A stretch of 38,370 bases of DNA, taken from Candidatus Moranbacteria bacterium CG06_land_8_20_14_3_00_40_12. GTDB lineage: Bacteria; Patescibacteriota; Minisyncoccia; Moranbacterales; UBA2206. The position numbers and the translations under genes are program-made. The DNA lies in NCBI GenBank assembly GCA_002780175.1, contig PEVT01000018.1, forward strand, positions 1-38,370. Direction: 5' to 3'. Positions within the stretch are counted from its first letter, which is position 1, and each line of letters opens with the position of its first letter. Positions 14,439 to 23,258 of this stretch are shown here, piece after piece. The notes under the pieces are model-generated. The model made no database searches. It saw only the letters and a list, made by a program, of their open reading frames with translations, and was not told where the DNA came from.

Positions 14439-15803
14439 ATGACTATGGCGAATGATTCCAATGAAAATTTAAAAGTTCCGCCCCAAAATATCGAAGCGGA
14501 AAGATCGGTTCTGGGATCTTTGATGCTCGACAAAGACGCTATCGTCAAAGTGGCTAATTTAATCCGCCTCGGCGATTTTTATAAAGACGACCATAATTCA
14601 ATTTATGAAGCCATGGTGGAGCTTTATGAAAAACGCGAACCCATCGATGTTTTAAGCCTTTCCAATCAATTAGAGGAAAAAAAACAATTGGATAAAATCG
14701 GCGGATCAAGCTATCTGACTTCCCTGGTTAATTCCGTGCCGTCCAGTTCCAATGTGGAACATTACGCCAAAGTAGTTCAAAAAAAATCCACTTTGCGCAA
14801 ACTTATCACCGCTTCCGGAGAAATAACCGAAATGGGCTATAAAGAATCGGAGGATGTGGAAAAGATACTGGATCAAGCGGAACAAAAACTATTTTCTGTT
14901 TCCCAAAAATATATCAAGCAAGATTTCGTCTCCATCAAATCCATTTTAGAATCGGCTTTTAATCGCATTGACGAACTGCACAAGGGCGATCACAAGTTGC
15001 GCGGCATTCCCTGCGGCTTTCCCGATTTGGATAATTTGCTGGCCGGTTTTCAAAAATCCGACTTGATTATCATCGCCGCTCGCCCGTCTATCGGAAAAAC
15101 TTCTTTGGCTTTGGATCTGGCCCGCCAAATAGCCGTTCAGCAAAAAGTGCCTCTCGGCGTGTTTTCCCTGGAAATGTCTTCCGACCAATTAATCGACAGG
15201 ATGCTGGCCGCCCAATCCGGCGTGGATCTTTGGCGGTTGCGGACTGGTCGGCTTAAATCCGAAGAAGGAGACGATGATTTTCAAAAAATCGGCGAAGCCA
15301 TGGGTATCCTAAGCGAGGCTCCGATTTTCATTGATGACGCCGGTTCTTCCAATGTGATGGAAATGCGCACGATGGCGCGCCGGCTGCAATCGGAACATAA
15401 TGTCGGTTTGATTATTATCGATTATTTGCAACTAATGGAAGGCCGCTCCGGCGGAGACAACCGCGTCAATGAAATCTCGGAAATTTCCCGCGCCTTGAAG
15501 CAACTGGCGCGCGAGCTTAATATTCCCATTATCGCCTTGTCTCAATTGTCCCGCGCCGTGGAATCCCGCAGCCCGCAAATTCCCAAATTATCCGATCTCC
15601 GCGAATCCGGATCTATTGAACAAGACGCCGACATCGTGATGTTTCTCTATCGCGAAGACCGCGAAAAACCGGATACGCCCAATAAAAATATCGTTGAACT
15701 GCATATCGCCAAGCACCGCAACGGTCCGGTCGGCAAAATTTCGCTTTATTTTGACGAAAGAATCACTTCTTTCAAATCGCTGGAAAGAGCGCACACCGAA
15801 TAG
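14439..15803 (+). CDS. dnaB: Replicative DNA helicase DnaB
   Basis: N-terminal PPQNIEAERSVLGS, Walker A ARPSIGKTS, Walker B IIIDYLQL, SQLSR and RESGSIEQDAD. Confidence 0.96.
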   Translation: MTMANDSNENLKVPPQNIEAERSVLGSLMLDKDAIVKVANLIRLGDFYKDDHNSIYEAMVELYEKREPIDVLSLSNQLEEKKQLDKIGGSSYLTSLVNSVPSSSNVEHYAKVVQKKSTLRKLITASGEITEMGYKESEDVEKILDQAEQKLFSVSQKYIKQDFVSIKSILESAFNRIDELHKGDHKLRGIPCGFPDLDNLLAGFQKSDLIIIAARPSIGKTSLALDLARQIAVQQKVPLGVFSLEMSSDQLIDRMLAAQSGVDLWRLRTGRLKSEEGDDDFQKIGEAMGILSEAPIFIDDAGSSNVMEMRTMARRLQSEHNVGLIIIDYLQLMEGRSGGDNRVNEISEISRALKQLARELNIPIIALSQLSRAVESRSPQIPKLSDLRESGSIEQDADIVMFLYREDREKPDTPNKNIVELHIAKHRNGPVGKISLYFDERITSFKSLERAHTE

Positions 15804-15927
15804 GCAATTTTAAATTTTTAATTTTAAATTTTAATTAAAATCTGAATGAATAATTTTTTAAAATTTAAACATTTAGCAATTCGAATTGATTCAAAATTCA
15901 TAATTCATAATTCGAAATTCAAATATA

Positions 15928-16515
15928 GTGTTTCCCAAAGCTTTTAAAAAACTTATTGAAAATTTTTCGGCGCTGCCTTCCATCGGCCCTAAAATGGCCG
16001 AGCGCCTGGTTTTATATCTTTTCAAGCAAGACAACGCCCAATTAGCAGAATTCGCGGAAAATCTTTTATCCATCAAAAAACTGGGGTTTTGCCGAAGATG
16101 TTTTAATATCGCTGAAAACGATCTATGCGAAATCTGCCGAAATGACGGGAGAAATCCCAAAATAATCTGCGTGGTGGAAGAACCGCTGGATATTATTTCC
16201 ATTGAAAAAACTCGCGCCTTTAACGGAATTTATCATGTTTTAGGCGGAGTAATTTCCCTTAATCGGGAAGTTATGCCCCTTAAAATAAACGAGCTGGTTA
16301 AGCGCGCGACTCAAGAAAAAATTGAAGAAATCATCATTGCCACCAATCCGACCACCGAAGGCGACGCCACCGCGCTTTATCTTAAAAATCAGCTTAAAAA
16401 CTTGCCGGTGAAAATAACCCGTCTGGGCCGCGGACTTTCCACCGGCGGCGATATTGAATACGCCGATGAAATTACCTTGAGTTCCGCCCTCTCCAACCGT
16501 AAAGAAATAAAATAA
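15928..16515 (+). CDS. recR: Recombination protein RecR
   Basis: LPSIGPKMAERL helix-hairpin-helix, a C4 zinc finger (CRRC...CEIC), and Toprim/C-terminal motifs. It has a GTG start. Confidence 0.92.
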   Translation: MFPKAFKKLIENFSALPSIGPKMAERLVLYLFKQDNAQLAEFAENLLSIKKLGFCRRCFNIAENDLCEICRNDGRNPKIICVVEEPLDIISIEKTRAFNGIYHVLGGVISLNREVMPLKINELVKRATQEKIEEIIIATNPTTEGDATALYLKNQLKNLPVKITRLGRGLSTGGDIEYADEITLSSALSNRKEIK

Positions 16516-16538
16516 CTTTTAAAAAATTCAACTAAACT

Positions 16539-16666
16539 CCGCCTTAGCGTAGTAAAGCGTCAAAAATTCGAGACGATGCAAGCGTAAAAAAACTTCTCTT
16601 TTAGCGTAAGCGTTTTGAGAAGTTTTAGCGAGCGAGTCCGAATTTATCGCTTTACGAGCTGGGCGG
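16539..16666. repeat. 128-nt nested palindrome (family AGCGTAAAAAA ... TTTTAGCGAGCGAG), copy 1
   Basis: Outer arms are CCGCCTTAGCGTAGTAAAGCG/CGCTTTACGAGCTGGGCGG, and the inner hairpin is AAAACTTCTC...GAGAAGTTTT. The right arm supplies the last codons and the stop of the 315-aa gene. Confidence 0.65.
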
Positions 16667-17599
16667 CCTTTTTTCTTTTCTACCGCTTTTCTTTTGGGCA
16701 AAAGAAAAGCGGGAAAGAATTAATTCTGACTTTTCCTTCTTGGATAATCGCTTAATCCGATATTCTTCTTTAGAGGCCGCTGACCGATTACGGAATTTTT
16801 TGGCATAAACTAATCTAACTGGTCGGCGGGCGGCAGTATACTTAGAGCCCAGCTGGGAAGAATTATGCTCGCGTATCCTTCTTATTAAATCCACTGTAAT
16901 ACCCGTATATAAAGTCTTATCTCGACATTTGAGAATATACAAATAATAACGCTTATTCTTACCGCTACTGGGATTATTTTTGCCTTTCTCCGGCTTCCAT
17001 TCTGTTATCTTCCCCGCTTCAATTTCAATTGGTTCGGCTTTTCGCAAATTCCGGATTTGTTTCTGATTTAAAATTGGAAAGTGCTTGACTTCGACCAGAT
17101 ATTCCGGGATATAATCAATTTCTTCTTTCGTCGTCATCCAGCCCAATTTATCAAAACGTTTGAGATTGACCGCCGGCGAAAAGCTCCGTAAATTTTTCCG
17201 GCCCCGGTTGTCCAGATATTCATGAAAATAACTCATTGCCAGTTCCCGCAAAGAATTATAAATCGGCTCCCGATAACGCAACGCAGCGTGATTAGTCTTG
17301 GAAATAGCGCCCCATCGGCCGTCTTTTTGGTAAACCGCGACCACATGGTCGAAATCATTTTTATTAGCCGTCAAGTCCAGCACCAGCGGCGGATAGCCCT
17401 GGACGCGCAAAGCCAAAGCGGCCAGCGCCGCGCCTTCCGTGCAATGGCAAGTCTTTTTTTCCAACACTGACATCGGCGATAAATTAGTTTCGCCTTTTTT
17501 TTCAAAATTCATCGGCATCCGGTTAAGAAAATTTTGAATTTTAGCCGGAGTGTTTAATTGCCTTAAAATTTTCAGTTCTTTTTTTTCTAATCCAAACAT
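16652..17599 (-). CDS. Fusion protein: N-terminal transglutaminase-like Cys-His domain plus C-terminal GIY-YIG nuclease domain
   Basis: C-terminal aa 217-293, RYYLYILKCRDKTLYTGITVDLIRRIREHN...RPVRLVY...EEYRIKRLSKKEK, is the GIY-YIG (UPF0213-like) pattern. The N-terminal CHCTEGAALAALAL...DFDHVVAVYQKDGRWGAISKTN resembles a papain/transglutaminase-fold Cys...His core. The family assignment is from memory and has lower certainty. Confidence 0.7.
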   Translation of the reverse strand: MFGLEKKELKILRQLNTPAKIQNFLNRMPMNFEKKGETNLSPMSVLEKKTCHCTEGAALAALALRVQGYPPLVLDLTANKNDFDHVVAVYQKDGRWGAISKTNHAALRYREPIYNSLRELAMSYFHEYLDNRGRKNLRSFSPAVNLKRFDKLGWMTTKEEIDYIPEYLVEVKHFPILNQKQIRNLRKAEPIEIEAGKITEWKPEKGKNNPSSGKNKRYYLYILKCRDKTLYTGITVDLIRRIREHNSSQLGSKYTAARRPVRLVYAKKFRNRSAASKEEYRIKRLSKKEKSELILSRFSFAQKKSGRKEKRPPSS

Positions 17600-17612
17600 T
17601 TTTTATCCAATT

Positions 17613-17711
17613 GTCATTGCGAGCCCTGAAAGAGCGTGGCAATCTAATTAATATTTAAATTTATTAGATTGCTTCGCGGAGTTTATCCGCCTTCGGCGGG
17701 CTCGCAACGAC
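17613..17711. repeat. 99-nt palindromic element, family GTCATTGCGAG ... CTCGCAACGAC (copy 2)
   Basis: It has the same termini as 8669-8764 and matches it at 46 of 47 nt in the right half. It fills the spacer between mnmA and the start of the GIY-YIG fusion gene. Confidence 0.8.
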
Positions 17712-17746
17712 ATAAAATAAAACTTTTTTAATATAATAATGAAAAA

Positions 17747-18859
17747 TCACTTCAAGCTGATTATTCCTCCGCCCAAGACCAAGTCTTTCTGGTAAAACAC
17801 CGCCGATTGGCCGGAAGTTATGGCGAATTGGGGTTTTTTTAATATTACTTTCCAACGACCTTCCTCTGGAATAATATCGCACGCGTAGCGTTCTTGACTG
17901 GAACGCACTTTAACTTCAGCCGCCATTTTTTTGTTTAAATTGCTAAAAGCGATCCAATTAGCATCTCGAATAAAAAAAGTATCCGCGTAGGCTGCTGATT
18001 TTTTGCCGGCCACTACCTTATTTTCACAGCGGTTAATGGCCAAGACGTAATATGGTTCAGTTAAACCGCCCAAATTCAATCCCTTTCTCTGCCCAATGGT
18101 AAACTTATGGATTCCTTGATGGCGTCCCAGTGTTTTACCTTTTTCATCCACAATTTTACCCGGCTTTTTGGAACTAGCGCCAAAAAGTTGATCGTAATTA
18201 TCGCCTTCAATAAAATCCTGGCTTTCCGCTTTTTTGGCGTAAGCGCCAAAACCTGATTTTACCGCTAATTTTTTTACTTCTTCTTTTTTTAATTCACCCA
18301 GCGGAAAAATGGTTTTTCGAAGCTGATTTTGTTTTAAGCGATAGAGAAAATAAGATTGATCTTTTCTTTCATCTTTACTCGCCAAAAGCAGCCAACGTTT
18401 TTTTGATTGGTCGTATTTTATTCGCGCATAATGTCCAGTCGCGAAATAATCGAATTTTATTCCCCCGAAAATGATTTTTTTAAGCAGAAATCCGAATTTC
18501 AATTTTTGATTGCAAATAACGCACGGATTGGGAGTTTGACCGGACAAATACTTTTTCTTAAAATAAGCCAGAATATACTTGTTATATTCCTTGGCTAGAT
18601 CGACCACTTGATGCTTGATTGCCATTTTTTCCATAGCTCTTTTTCCATCTTGGATATCGTTTTCTTTTCCCGGACCATAACAAACGCCCTTGCCGGATCT
18701 AAAGTTTTTCTGGTTATCGTCCCGGATTTTCATGGTAACGCCTATTACATCATAACCTTGCTGCTTCAATAAATAAGCCGCCATCGTAGAATCCACTCCG
18801 CCACTGATTCCCACCGCCACGACCAGTCTTTTCTTTAATTTTTTCTTCTGGACTTTCAT
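17747..18859 (-). CDS. mnmA: tRNA 2-thiouridine(34) synthase MnmA
   Basis: PP-loop VAVGISGGVDSTMAAYLL, conserved Cys residues (NPCVICN), ATGHYAR, and the typical length. Confidence 0.93.
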   Translation of the reverse strand: MKVQKKKLKKRLVVAVGISGGVDSTMAAYLLKQQGYDVIGVTMKIRDDNQKNFRSGKGVCYGPGKENDIQDGKRAMEKMAIKHQVVDLAKEYNKYILAYFKKKYLSGQTPNPCVICNQKLKFGFLLKKIIFGGIKFDYFATGHYARIKYDQSKKRWLLLASKDERKDQSYFLYRLKQNQLRKTIFPLGELKKEEVKKLAVKSGFGAYAKKAESQDFIEGDNYDQLFGASSKKPGKIVDEKGKTLGRHQGIHKFTIGQRKGLNLGGLTEPYYVLAINRCENKVVAGKKSAAYADTFFIRDANWIAFSNLNKKMAAEVKVRSSQERYACDIIPEEGRWKVILKKPQFAITSGQSAVFYQKDLVLGGGIISLK

Positions 18860-18928
18860 ATTTTTACCTGCAATATAATTCGATTCTAAATTAGATCTAT
18901 CCCTTTAGTAATAATAAATAAAAAAAAT

Positions 18929-19059
18929 CAGCCTCACGGAAGACTTGGGAACAAATTCAATCGAATGAGCGTAAAAAATCCGCATGATCTTTTTGCGAAG
19001 CAAAAATTAGGAATTTTAGCGAATGAGATTTGAATTTGTCCAAGTCTGCAGTTGGGCTG
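18929..19059. repeat. 131-nt nested palindrome (family AGCGTAAAAAA ... TTTTAGCGAATGAG), copy 2
   Basis: Outer arms are CAGCCTCACGGAAGACTTGGGAACAAATTCAATC/GATTTGAATTTGTCCAAGTCTGCAGTTGGGCTG. The core motifs are shared with 16539-16666. Confidence 0.65.
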
Positions 19060-19105
19060 AGAGTTCTTTTGCAACTTTTCTTGCGGAAAGAAAAGTTGAA
19101 CAAAA

Positions 19106-19411
19106 TTAAATTATTTTAGTAATTTCCACTTCTGTCATAATCTGACGGTGTCCAAATTTTACCTTATACCTTTTTTTCGGCTTAAATTTGATACCAGTTA
19201 CTTTTTCACCTGAAAAAGTTTTGATTATTCTTCCCTCCACTTTAACACCCTTTAACGCGGCACCGATTTTTATTCCTTTTTCATCTCCCATAAATAAAAC
19301 ATCCTCAAAGACAATTTTACCGCCTTCTTTTCCTTCTAATTTCTCTACTTTTATCTTGTCGCCCGCTTTAACTTTATATTGTTTCCCTCCGGTTTTTATG
19401 ATAGCTAGCAT
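19106..19411 (-). CDS. rplU: 50S ribosomal protein L21
   Basis: MLAIIKTGGKQYKVKAGDKIKVEKL... is the canonical L21 N-terminus. The protein is 101 aa. Confidence 0.93.
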   Translation of the reverse strand: MLAIIKTGGKQYKVKAGDKIKVEKLEGKEGGKIVFEDVLFMGDEKGIKIGAALKGVKVEGRIIKTFSGEKVTGIKFKPKKRYKVKFGHRQIMTEVEITKII

Positions 19412-19580
19412 AATGGTAATAAAAAAATTATCTAATCCATTTTAGCCCTTTTCCCGCTAGGTGTCAACGGTTGGACCGTTCCGATTTTATTCATCATAAA
19501 TCTGCTGATAATTTTGTCAAAGCTAATCTGGACAAAAATCCGTTAACGCGTTAGCATTAAACTTAGATAAAAAATACCTT

Positions 19581-21053
19581 ATGGAAAAAATAAAAAGATC
19601 GATCTTTTTTTGGACGCTCACCCTTCTTTTTTTTGTTATAGCGCCTTCCCTGGTTTTATACGCCCGGGGATACCGCATTGATTTTCAAAAAGGTGTTTTT
19701 GTCCATAGCGGAACAATTACGCTTAAAACTAATCCGGAAAACGCGCAAATCGCGCTTAATGGCAAATTGGAAAAAGCCACTGCCAGTCGCATTAATAATT
19801 CTCTGAATATCTCCGGTTTAATACCGCGGGAATATCGCTTAACCGTTTCCGCTCCCGGTTTTAATGATTGGAATAAAAAAACCGAGGTGCACAGCGGAGT
19901 TTCCAGTGAATTTTGGAATATTCTGCTAACCCGAAAAGAATATGCCAAAACCGCCTATGCCGCCGGTCTGGTAGAAAAATTTTTTATTTCGCCTGAAGAT
20001 AAATTGATTGTTTTGGAAAATTCTCAAAATGAAACCGTATTTATCAATATCCTGGATATAAAAAACGACGCAATCACGCAAACTTATTCTTTCCCGGATT
20101 GGCAGTTTATCCCGGAAGAACGGAAAGAAAATATCGAATGGTCCCCCAAGGAAGATTATCTGCTCATTCCCCTGCAAAAAAAGACGCTTCTTGAAAATAA
20201 AGCCGAAATGGTTTTTTCTTATTTTGTGATTAATCCGGAAAAAGAAACATTTTTTAATCTTAATGAATTTTTAGAAAAAGAAAACCTTAAAAACGCCCGC
20301 TGGCATCCCGAGGATAAAGATTATATCTTTTTTCTTTCGGAAACCGATCTTTTCCGCGCCAGTATTACTGACAAAAACGACCTGACTTTAATCGATCGGG
20401 ATGTTTCCAGTTTTGATTTGGCTGAAAACGGCGTTTATTATTCCCAGCTTCCCAACGAACTGGTCTTCCGGAAAGATCTTGACGGAATAAGCGGAAAAAA
20501 TCAGATAACTTTTGCCTCCCCTAAAAAAAACCGGAGTTCAAATGAAAAATTAATTGTTTATGACGAAGCCCGAATCGCCTTTTTAGACAAGGATAAAAAT
20601 CTTTTTCTTTTTAACAAGGGCCAACATCAAGAATATCTCCAAAAAATCGGCAGCCCGGTGGAAGGAATCCAATTTTCGGATGATGGAAAAAAATTGCTTT
20701 TTTGGAACACCAACGAAATTTCCGTTCATTTCTTAAGAGATTGGAATGTTCAACCGTTTCGCATTGAAAATGAAACTAAAGAAATTACCCGCTACGCGGA
20801 AAAAATCAGCAATGTCCAATGGTTCAAAGATTATGAGCATGTTGTTTTTAATGTCGGATCTTTTGTCAAAATAATCGAACTGGATAATCGCGATTATCGG
20901 ATTTGCAATGATTTGCTGACAACCGGAACTAATAATTCTCAAATAGTTTATAACCACTATCTGGAAAAACTGTTTTTTTCCGATCCAGCGAAGGAAAACG
21001 GTTTCTTCTCTTCGATTGATATTCCGGAAAAAACCAATTTCCTGGGCTTATAG
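19581..21053 (+). CDS. Membrane-anchored PEGA-domain protein with a probable beta-propeller C-terminal region (490 aa)
   Basis: An N-terminal TM helix (IFFWTLTLLFFVIAPSLVLY) is followed by a PEGA-like module (ITLKTNPENAQIALNG...YRLTVSAPGFNDWNKKTEV). The remainder is rich in repeated beta-strand-like segments. Confidence 0.6.
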   Translation: MEKIKRSIFFWTLTLLFFVIAPSLVLYARGYRIDFQKGVFVHSGTITLKTNPENAQIALNGKLEKATASRINNSLNISGLIPREYRLTVSAPGFNDWNKKTEVHSGVSSEFWNILLTRKEYAKTAYAAGLVEKFFISPEDKLIVLENSQNETVFINILDIKNDAITQTYSFPDWQFIPEERKENIEWSPKEDYLLIPLQKKTLLENKAEMVFSYFVINPEKETFFNLNEFLEKENLKNARWHPEDKDYIFFLSETDLFRASITDKNDLTLIDRDVSSFDLAENGVYYSQLPNELVFRKDLDGISGKNQITFASPKKNRSSNEKLIVYDEARIAFLDKDKNLFLFNKGQHQEYLQKIGSPVEGIQFSDDGKKLLFWNTNEISVHFLRDWNVQPFRIENETKEITRYAEKISNVQWFKDYEHVVFNVGSFVKIIELDNRDYRICNDLLTTGTNNSQIVYNHYLEKLFFSDPAKENGFFSSIDIPEKTNFLGL

Positions 21054-21093
21054 CTAATTTTCAAAAAGTTTTAAATCGGCGATAAATTTCTTA

Positions 21094-21651
21094 TCAGGCA
21101 TTTTTTATTTCTTTTCGGCGCTGTTTGTAATCCGGCAGAGTTTGCGCCACCAGATCCCAAAATCTCCGGCTATGATTGAATTCTTTGAGATGGCATAGCT
21201 CATGCACGATGATATAATCCGCCAATCTTGCCGGCAAGAAAATTATTTTATAATTATAACTCAAATTTCCCAATTTAGAACAGCTCCCCCAGCGGGTTTT
21301 TTGGTTGCGGATGCTGATACAATGATACGGCAAATTATACCACTGGTTAAATTGCGACGCCTTTTTTTGCGCCAATTCCAAGGCGGCTCTTTTAAATTGA
21401 AAATAATCTTTTGTCGTATTTTTGCTAAAAATACTATTTGCCGATTTCTCTTTAAATATTTTTAATTTTGCTAACACCCAATTGGATTTTTGCAAAATAT
21501 AATTTTCAATATCGCCCAAAGCCAAACGCCGGGGCGCCGAAACCGAGAAACTGCCATCGCAATAGATGGTTAATCTTAATCTTCTGGCTCTTCGACTTTT
21601 TCTCAAATTGTAATTTATTTCTTCGCCTTGCAATTTTATTCTACGTTGCAT
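21094..21651 (-). CDS. YgjP/DUF45-family (M48-like) zinc metallohydrolase
   Basis: RWGSCS...IIVHELCHLKEFNHSRRFWDLV (HExxH) matches DUF45. The ATG at 21651 is preferred. The TTG at 21684 lies inside a repeat. Confidence 0.8.
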   Translation of the reverse strand: MQRRIKLQGEEINYNLRKSRRARRLRLTIYCDGSFSVSAPRRLALGDIENYILQKSNWVLAKLKIFKEKSANSIFSKNTTKDYFQFKRAALELAQKKASQFNQWYNLPYHCISIRNQKTRWGSCSKLGNLSYNYKIIFLPARLADYIIVHELCHLKEFNHSRRFWDLVAQTLPDYKQRRKEIKNA

Positions 21652-21658
21652 ATTATTT

Positions 21659-21708
21659 GTCATTCCCGTGAAAACGGGAACCAAGAAAAATAAATTAAAT
21701 TTATTTAC
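21659..21708. repeat. Half-element GTCATTCCCGTgaaaaCGGGAA plus AAATAAATTAAATTTATTT
   Basis: It has the same GTCATTCCCG head as 9897 and 8436, followed by an AT-rich palindrome. Confidence 0.45.
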
Positions 21709-21726
21709 TAAGTATAACAGAAAAAA

Positions 21727-21756
21727 TAAAAAACGCCGTTTTTGAGGCGTTTTTTA
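21727..21756 (-). terminator. Rho-independent terminator ending the ribosomal protein block
   Basis: The minus strand reads AAAAAACGCCtcaaaaaCGGCGTTTTTTATTTTTT, directly after the rpsI stop. Confidence 0.7.
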
Positions 21757-21771
21757 AAGTATTAAGATTTT

Positions 21772-22338
21772 CTATCTTTTTGCCCATTGAGGCGCCCGGC
21801 GGGCTTTTTTGAGTCCCGGTTTTTTTCTTTCCACTTTGCGAGAATCGCGAGTTAAAAATCCATTATCTTTAAGCGCTTTTCTGGAATTTTCATCCGCCAG
21901 CACCAGGGCTCTGGCTAAACCCAATTTTATCGCGTCCGCCTGACCGTTTATTCCGCCTCCCGAAACTTTAATTGAAACGTCGAATTTTCCTTCTAATCCG
22001 AGACGAGTTAAGGGAGAATTAGCCGCGATTTGAAATCTTTTCACGGTTAAATACTGAACTAAATCTTTCCCGTTTATCTTAAATTTACCCTCCTGGCCGG
22101 AGAGCGGATAAATTCTCACTTGAGCAACGGAAGTTTTTCTTCGGCCAAGAGCGTAAAAATATTTTCTTTTTTTCACTTCTTCTTTTTGAGAAAAATTTTT
22201 TTCTTCCTCAATGGTTTTTGGCGCGACAGTTATCTTTTTCGTTTTTTTCGTTTCGGCAATTTTAACTTTAGCCGCTTTTTTAGGAGCAATTTTTTTGACA
22301 GCCTTTTTCACTTTTTCATTTTCTTTAATTTTAATCAT
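21772..22338 (-). CDS. rpsI: 30S ribosomal protein S9 with an about 55-aa K/E-rich N-terminal extension
   Basis: The C-terminal 130 aa are canonical S9 (GRRKTSVAQV...GGGINGQADAIKLGLARAL...TRDSRKVERKKPGLKKARRAPQWAKR). Confidence 0.94.
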   Translation of the reverse strand: MIKIKENEKVKKAVKKIAPKKAAKVKIAETKKTKKITVAPKTIEEEKNFSQKEEVKKRKYFYALGRRKTSVAQVRIYPLSGQEGKFKINGKDLVQYLTVKRFQIAANSPLTRLGLEGKFDVSIKVSGGGINGQADAIKLGLARALVLADENSRKALKDNGFLTRDSRKVERKKPGLKKARRAPQWAKR

Positions 22339-22364
22339 ACGAATGCCGCTTTGAAATTTTTTAA

Positions 22365-22763
22365 TTAATGAATTACTTCAATCTTATGCGAATGTTTTTC
22401 ATCTTTATAAACCAGAAGCCGGGTCATCATCGGTTTTCTCAATTTGTTTTTCGCCAGCATATTATAAACCGAATGAACGACAACTTTTCTGGAATCTTTT
22501 TTCATTTGATCTTTAAGCTTGATGGAAGTTATGCCTCCCGGATAACCGCTGAAATGGTGATAAATCTTGTTTTCCATTTTTTTTCCGGTAACCGCTAACT
22601 TGTCTGAATTAATCACCACGACAAAATTTCCGCCGTCAATATTAGGCGTAAAATCAACTTTATTTTTGCCCCGTAAAATCAGCGCTACTTCCGTGGACAG
22701 GCGACCCAAAATTTTTCCTTGAGCATTGAACAAATGATATTTTCTCACTATCGCTTTTGGCAT
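22365..22763 (-). CDS. rplM: 50S ribosomal protein L13
   Basis: GKILGRLSTEVALILRGKNK..FTPNIDGGNFVVVINSDK...YHHFSGYPGG. Confidence 0.94.
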   Translation of the reverse strand: MPKAIVRKYHLFNAQGKILGRLSTEVALILRGKNKVDFTPNIDGGNFVVVINSDKLAVTGKKMENKIYHHFSGYPGGITSIKLKDQMKKDSRKVVVHSVYNMLAKNKLRKPMMTRLLVYKDEKHSHKIEVIH

Positions 22764-22873
22764 ATTTTAAATTTAGTTAGGAATATTAAACTGGAGTAAA
22801 CTTTATATTCTATTTTTTACAACAAGCTTATAATGTATCATCTGACAGACTTGCCCGCCGTCTTTGGCGGGAG

Positions 22874-23239
22874 TTAATCGACAAATTCAATAACCGCCAT
22901 TTCGGCATTATCATTTCTTAACGAGTTGAGTTTCGCTATTCGCGTGTAACCGCTGTTTCTTTTAATAAAACGCTTAATAAATTCTCCTGTTAATTTCTTG
23001 ACAGCGGTTTGGGATAAATCGTTATTCAGATTTCTTAAAACAACGACTTCAAGAGCCTTGTCTTCCAGTTTTTTGGCCTTATTGATAAGCGGATCGATTT
23101 TTTTCTTAATTTCCTTGGCTTTCGCTTCGGTAGTGGTAATTTTCCCCTTAATAATCAAGCTGCTTAGCAAAGAACGCAGCAGGGCTTTTCGCTGGCTGGC
23201 CGGACGTCCGAGTTCTCTGGCTTTTTTCTGATGTTTCAT
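22874..23239 (-). CDS. rplQ: 50S ribosomal protein L17
   Basis: MKHQKKARELGRPASQRKALLRSL...TTTEAKAKE...GYTRI. Confidence 0.93.
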   Translation of the reverse strand: MKHQKKARELGRPASQRKALLRSLLSSLIIKGKITTTEAKAKEIKKKIDPLINKAKKLEDKALEVVVLRNLNNDLSQTAVKKLTGEFIKRFIKRNSGYTRIAKLNSLRNDNAEMAVIEFVD

Positions 23240-23258
23240 GTTATTTCAAAATTTCAAT

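Noticed and set aside
18860-19105. An expected rpmA (L27) or ysxB-like gene downstream of rplU.
   Set aside because: No ORF with L27 motifs exists in any frame. The spacer is filled by the 131-nt nested palindrome and a small hairpin. L27 must be encoded elsewhere.
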